Shown: one piece after another, positions 29,795-36,460 of the stretch | Layout: every line of letters begins with the position of its first letter | Position numbering within the stretch: the first letter of the stretch is position 1 | Assembly (NCBI GenBank): GCA_964551515.1 | Contig: CAZKDT010000001.1 | Location: 1 to 36,460, forward strand | Direction: 5' to 3' | Length of the DNA: 36,460 nt | From: an uncultured Desulfobacteraceae bacterium | GTDB taxonomy: Bacteria; Desulfobacterota; Desulfobacteria; Desulfobacterales; UBA11574 | Program-made: the position numbers and the translations under genes | The notes under the pieces: generated by a model | Seen by the model: the letters and a program-made list of their open reading frames with translations, nothing else | What the model was told of the DNA's origin: nothing | The model's database searches: none

Positions 29795-31510
29795 TTAAAC
29801 CTCTTCAATAACCATTTGACTGGTTTTCCCGCCGTTCCAGCGATTCCAGCGCAGCCGGAACGCGATACGATCAAAACCTTCCTTCATAGAACTACCGGTA
29901 TTACCATTGAAATGAATGGCCTGAAAAGTTTTACCGGTGTTTCCTCCGGACTGTTTTAACAGCATGCGCCGATGATGTTTACCCACGATTTTCGAAGATA
30001 CAACCATTATGTCCCTGGCCATAAAAATCGGCTCGGGGTTGCCGGTGCCAAACGGATTTAAAGATTCTATCTCGTCAATGAGACCCTTTGAAATATCATC
30101 AAAAGCGAGTTCATAATCAATGTAAATTTTTGGGATAAAATCATCCGGCTTTGTTATATCGCCTATAAAGTTTTCGAACTTTGATTCAAACCGCTCTATT
30201 TTTTCAGTCTTAATTTTCAAACCCGCGGCCATTGAATGACCGCCAAAACTTTCAAGATCATCGGCACAAGCACAAAGTCCATCATAAAGGTTTACTCCGG
30301 GAATACTTCTGGCCGATCCTTTTCCGATTCCATCTGCTGTAGAAATAAGCACCACAGGACAAAAATATTTTTTCATAACTCTGGAAGCAACAATCCCAAG
30401 AATCCCTAAATGCCAGTCCGGCCGGGATAAAACCAGGGTGTTTTTTTCGAGAAGTGAGGGATTTACCTTTAAATAATCTTCGATTTGAGACAGCATCTCA
30501 GTTTCTATGCTGCGCCGTTTCCGGTTCATACGGTCGAGTGAATTTCCAATCTGTTCGGCATCATCCATATTTTTGGTTATTAATAGTTCAACGGCCAGAG
30601 AAGCGTGATCTACCCTGCCTGCGGAATTTAATCTGGGTGCCAGACCGAAGACCACATCCTCACTATTCACGGCACGTTTATTAATTCCGCAGATCTCCAT
30701 CAATGCTTTCACGCCCGGACGTGGACTTGAACCGATAATATCGAGCCCTGTCTTTGCAAGTATTCGATTGTCATTAGTAAGGGGAACCATGTCTGCCAGG
30801 GTTCCAAGTGCCACAAGATTGCATATGCTTTTTAAATTAGGCTCCGGTCGATTCTTCCAGAAATTTTGGTCACGAAGTTTTTTTCTGAGACAAATCAGAA
30901 GATAAAAAGCTACTCCAACACCAGCGAGATCACCAAAACCTGACGGGCAATCGTAACGCATGGGATTTATAACTGCAACCGCCGGGGGAAGGGTATCAGG
31001 CATTATGTGATGGTCGGTGATGATTACATCAATTCCGACCGCATTTGCCGCTGTAACGGCATCATGACTCCCTGATCCGCAATCTACGGTAATAATTAGG
31101 TTTATCTTTTTTGCCCATGCACAATTTATAATATGGCTCCTTTGCAGGCCATAGCCTTCTTTTATCCTGTGGGGAATGTAATATGATACATCAGCACCCA
31201 CTGATCTGAAAAACTCCAAAAGGATTGTGGTTGCGGTAATTCCGTCAACATCATAATCGCCAAAGATTAAAATTTTTTCATTATGCGTAATAGCCCTTAG
31301 TATGCGGTGAATCGCGATATCCATATCTTTCAGGGTAAACGGAGGACTTAGATGATTCAATGAAGCGCTAAGAAAGTTTGAGGCGTCTTTCGGGGAGACA
31401 ATTTTTCGGTTGACCAAAATTGAAGCAATGGCGGGATGGCAGTTTAGAATACCGGTAAGTTTTTCCACAGAACGACGATCAGGACGTAAAATTTGCCACT
31501 CTTTTTTCAT
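29795..31510 (-). CDS. recJ: single-stranded-DNA-specific exonuclease RecJ
   Basis: 571 aa with the DHH-family motifs GDYDVDGITA, ITVDCGS and IITDHH, and the DHHA1 motif GGHSMAAG. Confidence 0.96.
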   Translation of the reverse strand: MKKEWQILRPDRRSVEKLTGILNCHPAIASILVNRKIVSPKDASNFLSASLNHLSPPFTLKDMDIAIHRILRAITHNEKILIFGDYDVDGITATTILLEFFRSVGADVSYYIPHRIKEGYGLQRSHIINCAWAKKINLIITVDCGSGSHDAVTAANAVGIDVIITDHHIMPDTLPPAVAVINPMRYDCPSGFGDLAGVGVAFYLLICLRKKLRDQNFWKNRPEPNLKSICNLVALGTLADMVPLTNDNRILAKTGLDIIGSSPRPGVKALMEICGINKRAVNSEDVVFGLAPRLNSAGRVDHASLAVELLITKNMDDAEQIGNSLDRMNRKRRSIETEMLSQIEDYLKVNPSLLEKNTLVLSRPDWHLGILGIVASRVMKKYFCPVVLISTADGIGKGSARSIPGVNLYDGLCACADDLESFGGHSMAAGLKIKTEKIERFESKFENFIGDITKPDDFIPKIYIDYELAFDDISKGLIDEIESLNPFGTGNPEPIFMARDIMVVSSKIVGKHHRRMLLKQSGGNTGKTFQAIHFNGNTGSSMKEGFDRIAFRLRWNRWNGGKTSQMVIEEV

Positions 31511-31555
31511 TAAAAGACTATTTATCCTAAATTTAAGATTTGAGCAACAACTTAT

Positions 31556-31712
31556 TTAGTTAGTGTCCATCCATAAATGGTAGATTTTGGTTTCCGGCAA
31601 GGCCCGAGCGAGTTTTCAACCGCAGGCATAGCGCGCTATTTCGAGGATTGAAAATGAGGGAGAACGGCGGCGGGGGCCGAAAGATGCCGTTTATGGATGG
31701 ACACTAGTTAAC
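31556..31712. repeat. approx 157-bp palindromic element, family F6 (arms tagtgtccatccataaaYgg)
   Basis: The left arm (31561-31580) and right arm (31687-31706) match at 19 of 20 positions as reverse complements. The interior is also loosely self-complementary. Confidence 0.85.
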
Positions 31713-31726
31713 TTTTCGTCCCTCAA

Positions 31727-31993
31727 GTAAACGCATTTGATTTCGGTGCAGCGTAGCGACGGCGTGTTTCTCTTGGAAACCGACTGACTGTTTGAAGGGC
31801 TTTAGCACGCGTTAGCCCGAGCCGAATGAAATTATGACTTAAAAAATCAATGGGATAATTTAGCAACGAATTGTTCTTAATAACTTTGGCGCGGCTCGGG
31901 CTTACGGGTGCTTAAGCACAAGTTTCAGTCGGTTGGAAAGAGATACACGCCGTGGCGGAGCGTTCTCTCTACACCAAAACCAAATGCGTTTAC
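31727..31993. repeat. approx 267-bp long imperfect palindrome, family F7 (arms gtaaacgcatttgRtttYggtg)
   Basis: The terminal arms (31727-31748 and 31972-31993) match at 19 of 22 positions. Internal arm pairs include acggcgtgtttctct..ccgactga and agcccgagccg. There is an AT-rich centre of about 45 nt. The right arm contains the holA stop codon. Confidence 0.85.
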
Positions 31994-33486
31994 CCTGAGC
32001 TCACGTTCTTTTGCTCTTGACAAATAAATAATATCAATTTTTCCAATAGTAATTTGGGATTCTGCCTCGTAGATTTCAGACTCAAATCGGTTTGACTCAA
32101 CAATTCAAGAATGGTAGCAAGTTCATCCGTTGTAAACATTTCAGACTTCAGAAGCATCTGGTAAACGGGATAAGGATTTTTAGGATTTTTAGCAATAACA
32201 AGATCTGTAACCGGTCGGCTTTTCTTTTTTGTATTTCTGCTTTTTGATCGTTGATTATCCTTTCCCGTCTGTTTTGAAAGCATTTGATCCCACGTTTCAA
32301 ACTGTCCTAAAAGATCAGCGTCATAAGCCTGGATAGCAGGCATAATCCTGCTTTTAAATTCATGGAACTTAAGGCCGCCATGCCATTCCCGGCCATGAGG
32401 ACTTTCAACAAAAGCCTTGACGAGGAATAGTCTTCTCATCTGATTTGTTATCGCGGCAAGAACCTGAAGCGGATGAAAATTATCGGCAAGAAGTGTATTC
32501 AGAAAAAAGAGCGATTTTTCAATGCTTCTTTCTGCAACGGCATTTGTTAAATCGTATATGGGGTCCTTTTTTGTACGGTTTAAAACAGACACAACATCAT
32601 CGACCGTTATATTTTTTCTATTTCCCACATAACTGATAAGTTTCTGAAGATTATTTGAAAATGTACGCAGGTCAAAACCGGTCATTTCATACAAGGCCAT
32701 GTATGCATCCTTATCCATTCTCTTTCCCACTTGATTAAGGATTGCGCTCATTCTTTCTGAAAGAACCGCTTCTTGAGCCATCTTGTCTGCCCGGCGATCT
32801 CCTTTGGGGACAGAACAGTCGATGATCATACCATGTTCAAGAATGGTTTTATAAAGTTTACGGCGTTTATCCGCCATGTCTGTGGTAATAATAAGATGGT
32901 TCCCTTTGGGAAATCCCTTTTCTACGGCGTGTTGCAAAAAAGCGGCATTATCTTCTTCAGAAGCGATGGCAAGACTGTTTTCCATGCAAAACGTCACGAT
33001 TTTATCAATCCATTCGTCGTCACCGAAACGGTCAATATCGAGTTTAATGCTTTTGCTTCTATTTGCCTTACTCATATCATCGTATGAAAGATTTAACAGA
33101 CCCATGAGGCTTAGCAAATATTTTGCAGCCTTTTTAATATCATCCGCATCATATGCTTCTTTTGCCTTTTCAAGAAGTTTGCCTTGATCCTGTTTTGAAT
33201 AAAATATTTTGGAATCACAAATTGCAACAACCTTTGTGCCTGACAGAAGCGAATATGTGTTTGACCGCTCGATTGCTCCTTTAATATTATCATTTGTACC
33301 GTCAACCGGTTCATAGTTCAGGCTTCTTTTCTTCGCAGGTATCAATGCGTCCAGAAGCGCCTCAAGTGAATCTTTATATAGCAATTCCTGGCCGTAGATG
33401 AGATACACAGGCTTGAAATCACCGGCTTTCCTGTCTTTCAAATAACTGCTAAGCTCTTTGTAGTTAATTTCAGGCATGGTTTTCAA
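31990..33486 (-). CDS. holA: DNA polymerase III subunit delta (long form, 498 aa)
   Basis: The N-terminus FKPVYLIYGQELLYKDSLEALLDALIP and the later helical domains (PYPVYQMLLKS...LSQTDLSLKS) follow the HolA pattern. It is about 150 aa longer than typical, with insertions including a basic KSRNTKKKSRP tract. Confidence 0.85.
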   Translation of the reverse strand: MKTMPEINYKELSSYLKDRKAGDFKPVYLIYGQELLYKDSLEALLDALIPAKKRSLNYEPVDGTNDNIKGAIERSNTYSLLSGTKVVAICDSKIFYSKQDQGKLLEKAKEAYDADDIKKAAKYLLSLMGLLNLSYDDMSKANRSKSIKLDIDRFGDDEWIDKIVTFCMENSLAIASEEDNAAFLQHAVEKGFPKGNHLIITTDMADKRRKLYKTILEHGMIIDCSVPKGDRRADKMAQEAVLSERMSAILNQVGKRMDKDAYMALYEMTGFDLRTFSNNLQKLISYVGNRKNITVDDVVSVLNRTKKDPIYDLTNAVAERSIEKSLFFLNTLLADNFHPLQVLAAITNQMRRLFLVKAFVESPHGREWHGGLKFHEFKSRIMPAIQAYDADLLGQFETWDQMLSKQTGKDNQRSKSRNTKKKSRPVTDLVIAKNPKNPYPVYQMLLKSEMFTTDELATILELLSQTDLSLKSTRQNPKLLLEKLILFICQEQKNVSSG

Positions 33487-33517
33487 TTGATAATTGAAGA
33501 TTTTATAATAAATTCAG

Positions 33518-33564
33518 ATGTCAGGTGTCAGTACCTTTGTTCATCATTCCTGACACCTGAAAAC
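33518..33564. repeat. family F5 element, short copy (2 heptamers plus tail)
   Basis: atgtcaggtgtcagtacctttgttcatcattcctgacacctgaaaac. It forms an 11-bp hairpin (tcaggtgtcag / ctgacacctga). Confidence 0.85.
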
Positions 33565-33620
33565 TTAAGATATGGAATATTTTTAAAAGCCGGATGTGCC
33601 CGGGAATAATAAAATGTAAG

Positions 33621-34142
33621 TCACCCCGGGATTTTTTTAAAAATAACAAGAATCACATAAATGCCAATTCCCACAGTTATTGCGCTGTCCGCCACATTAA
33701 AGGCAGGCCAGTGATAGCTCCCGATATAAAAGTCTAAAAAGTCAACTACTTTTCCAAAACGAATTCTGTCAATAAGGTTGCCAAAAGCACCCCCTAAAAT
33801 TAGAGCAAAGCATGCGGAAAGCAGGGAATATTTCTGAGGTGTTTTTTTATAGAAGTAGAATATCAGACAAATGGCTAATGATGAAATTAAAAGAAAAAGC
33901 AAGTTACGCAGACCAGAGCTTTTATTCGCCATGAATCCGAAGGCGCCGCCGGGATTATGAATATGAGTGATGCTGAAGAAACCGGGTATAACCGTAATTG
34001 AATGGTAAAGCAAAACCGTGTTCTGGATTACGGCCTTTGTTATCTGATCAAAAATAATTACTAAGCCGGCGATGGCGGCAAGCTTTAGATATTTATTATG
34101 CTTAAAACCTGATCCGTTTGAGGCAAAGAAACTCGGACACAC
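33621..34142 (-). CDS. lspA: lipoprotein signal peptidase II
   Basis: NPGGAFGF and FNVADSAI motifs and 4 TM segments are present. It has a GTG start 29 bp downstream of the ileS stop, the classic ileS-lspA arrangement. Confidence 0.92.
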   Translation of the reverse strand: MCPSFFASNGSGFKHNKYLKLAAIAGLVIIFDQITKAVIQNTVLLYHSITVIPGFFSITHIHNPGGAFGFMANKSSGLRNLLFLLISSLAICLIFYFYKKTPQKYSLLSACFALILGGAFGNLIDRIRFGKVVDFLDFYIGSYHWPAFNVADSAITVGIGIYVILVIFKKIPG

Positions 34143-34171
34143 TTTTATAATATTCCTTTAATTGCCAATCT

Positions 34172-36460
34172 TCAATCACCAAGCGCCAATTCCTTGAGCA
34201 CATTCTGACACCGGTTGCAAATCGTTGGATGTTCTGAACTTGTGCCAATAGAATGGTCATATATCCAGCACCGTTCGCACTTGTCACCGGTTGCAGGTTC
34301 AACCAGAATCGACAGGTTGTCTATATCCTGGCTCTCAAAAGCGCCGACAGGGTTCCCCCCATTAACCAGAGATGCTCCGGAAACAATAAATATGGTGCTT
34401 AATTCATTTTCATACGGGTAGAGCAAATCGTAGAGCTTGTTATCCGCATAAAGGGTAACAACGGCATCAAGGGAATGACCGATCAACTTTTTAACTCTGG
34501 CTTCCTCAAGGGCCTTTGTGACATCGCTGCGTACCTCAAGGATTCGTTCCCACTTTTTTGCCAGTTTTTCATCCTTCCATGCTTTATTTACTGCGGGAAG
34601 AGAAGTCAGGTGAATACTCGACGCATTTTCTTTACTTCCCGGCATAAAACCCCAGATTTCTTCTGCGGTAAAGACAAGTATCGGCGACATGAGCCTTGCC
34701 ATGGTGTCCAGCAGAATGTGAATGACGGTCTGTGCGCTTCTTCTTCCGGCTGATTCAGGTGGTGATGTGTATAACCTGTCCTTAAGGATATCAAGGTAAA
34801 ACGCCGAAAGATCGACAATGCAATAGTTGTAAAGCGCATGATAGATAATATGAAATTCATAGGTATCATAAGCTTTCAGTGTTCGTTCAATCAACTGTTG
34901 AAGCCTGTGTAGTGCAAACCTGTCAATTTCCGGCATAGAACCATAAGGAACGGCATTTTTTTCAGGATCAAAGTCATATAGATTTCCAAGCATGAATCTA
35001 CTCGTATTTCTGATTCTCCTGTAGGCATCGCTCAACTGTTTCAAGATGTTTTCAGAGATGCGAATGTCATCCCTGTAATCAGATGCCGAGACCCAGAGAC
35101 GGAGAATTTCTGCCCCGTGCTTTTTGATGACCTCATCCGGGGCAACCACATTCCCTAAAGACTTGGACATCTTTTTGCCTTGTGCATCAACAACAAACCC
35201 ATGGGTCAATACCGATTCAAAGGGAGCCGCCCCTCGTGTCCCCACAGCCGTTAGGAGTGAGCTGTGAAACCATCCCCTGTGTTGATCGCTTCCTTCAAGA
35301 TAAAGATCGGCGGGCCATTTCAGACGGGGGCGCCGTTCAAGTACCGCAGCGTGGCTGACACCGGAATCAAACCATACATCCAGGATATCGTCTTCTTTAA
35401 CAAATGTTGTATTACCGCACTGCTTACAGACGGCATCTTGGGGAAGAAATTCTTTTGCATCTTTTTCAAACCAGATGTCAGCACCGTGCTCTTTAAATTT
35501 TTCATATACTTGATCTATTATTTCCTGATTTATGTACAATGCTTCACACTTTTCACAATAAAAAATCGCTATGGGAACTCCCCAGGCACGCTGCCTGGAT
35601 ACGCACCAGTCCGGTCTGTTTTCAATCATTCCGTAGATTCTTTCTCTTCCCCAGTGAGGTATCCATGTGACCTTGTCGATCTCTTCAAGTGATTTTTTCC
35701 TCAAGCCGGTTTTGTCCATGGAAATAAACCACTGGGGGGTGGCCCTGAAAATCACAGGCTTTTTACATCGCCAGCAGTGGGGATAAGAATGTTCCATTGT
35801 CTCTTGAACAATAAGAAGGTCATTTTCCCGCAATCTGGCGATGATATCCGTATTGGCCTTGAAAACGAATTGACCGCTGAAGAAATCGTCTTCTTCTGTA
35901 AAACACCCTCTGTCATCTACAGGGGAATACGCATCCAAATTATACAAAAGGCCCACATCATAGTCTTCACGTCCATGGCCGGGAGCGGTGTGAACACAAC
36001 CGGTGCCGGCATCCAGAGTTACATGGGAGCCCAGGACAATTATGGACTTGCGATCATATAATGGATGGAGACACTCTTTTCGCTCAAGACGGTCCGCTCG
36101 AATTTCAGCAAGTATGGAGAAATCTGAAAAACCAAAGGTCTTCATACAGCTTTCCACAAGTTCCTTTGCCAAAATCAGCACATCGCCATTTTTCGTATCA
36201 ACTGCGGCATAAATAATATCCGGATGAAGCGCTACAGCAAGGTTTGCCGGAAGGGTCCACGGTGTTGTTGTCCATATGACTACAAAAACTTTTTTATCCA
36301 TTAGATCGGGAATCTCGGCGCTCAAATCATCTTTTAAGGGAAATTTTACAAAAATTGATGGTGATGATTCATCATGATATTCTATCTCGGCCTCAGCAAG
36401 GGCTGTTTTGCAGCTGCAGCACCAGTAAATCGGTTTTTTGCTTCTGAAAAGGCTACCTTG
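34172..36460 (-). CDS. ileS: isoleucine--tRNA ligase; the 5' end lies outside the window
   Basis: It has KMSKS (KKMSKSLGN) and the C-terminal zinc motif CERCW...CNRC. The frame stays open upstream of the track's TTG (36325) to the window edge and reads KPIYWCCSCKTALAEAEIEYHD, so the gene is truncated by the window. Confidence 0.96.
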   Translation of the reverse strand, partial: QGSLFRSKKPIYWCCSCKTALAEAEIEYHDESSPSIFVKFPLKDDLSAEIPDLMDKKVFVVIWTTTPWTLPANLAVALHPDIIYAAVDTKNGDVLILAKELVESCMKTFGFSDFSILAEIRADRLERKECLHPLYDRKSIIVLGSHVTLDAGTGCVHTAPGHGREDYDVGLLYNLDAYSPVDDRGCFTEEDDFFSGQFVFKANTDIIARLRENDLLIVQETMEHSYPHCWRCKKPVIFRATPQWFISMDKTGLRKKSLEEIDKVTWIPHWGRERIYGMIENRPDWCVSRQRAWGVPIAIFYCEKCEALYINQEIIDQVYEKFKEHGADIWFEKDAKEFLPQDAVCKQCGNTTFVKEDDILDVWFDSGVSHAAVLERRPRLKWPADLYLEGSDQHRGWFHSSLLTAVGTRGAAPFESVLTHGFVVDAQGKKMSKSLGNVVAPDEVIKKHGAEILRLWVSASDYRDDIRISENILKQLSDAYRRIRNTSRFMLGNLYDFDPEKNAVPYGSMPEIDRFALHRLQQLIERTLKAYDTYEFHIIYHALYNYCIVDLSAFYLDILKDRLYTSPPESAGRRSAQTVIHILLDTMARLMSPILVFTAEEIWGFMPGSKENASSIHLTSLPAVNKAWKDEKLAKKWERILEVRSDVTKALEEARVKKLIGHSLDAVVTLYADNKLYDLLYPYENELSTIFIVSGASLVNGGNPVGAFESQDIDNLSILVEPATGDKCERCWIYDHSIGTSSEHPTICNRCQNVLKELALGD

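Noticed and set aside
1-36460. tRNA, rRNA, riboswitch and sigma-54 promoter scan by eye
   Set aside because: No cloverleaf-compatible sequence or rRNA-like stretch was seen in the intergenic gaps. No TGGCAC-N5-TTGC with correct spacing lies upstream of any gene; the TGGCAC hits are inside coding regions or mis-spaced. An eye scan cannot exclude small ncRNAs.

Overview
This 36.5-kb chromosomal window has gene content and repeat style typical of a sulfate-reducing Desulfobacterales-type deltaproteobacterium; that placement is an inference, not a database hit. Most of it is housekeeping. On the minus strand: a GAF sensor kinase, recN, iorA/iorB, recJ, holA, lspA and a 5'-truncated ileS. On the plus strand: rdgB, a nitroreductase, GTP-type PEPCK and ampG. 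By eye, two stretches are AT-richer and look accessory or decaying. One (about 13.9-18.0 kb) holds a large unknown protein bracketed by two hairpin MITEs, a GIY-YIG fusion gene with a tiny Cys4 ORF, and an IS remnant. The other (about 24.8-28.3 kb) holds unknown exported proteins and a methyltransferase pseudogene. The most interesting locus is a cytochrome c + rnfCDGEAB cluster (18031-24801) whose redox modules look remodelled. RnfC has lost the canonical flavin/NADH motifs, and RnfD lacks the FMN-attachment Thr. RnfB is fused to a roughly 500-aa GltD/NfnB-like FAD/NAD(P)H module, and a membrane-anchored five-haem cytochrome leads the operon. Nearly every intergenic gap also carries palindromic or MITE-like repeats from at least seven families. 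Some of these split an operon (iorA/iorB) or supply stop codons. No rRNA, tRNA or CRISPR array was seen. All family assignments come from motifs read by eye and recalled from memory; no searches were run.
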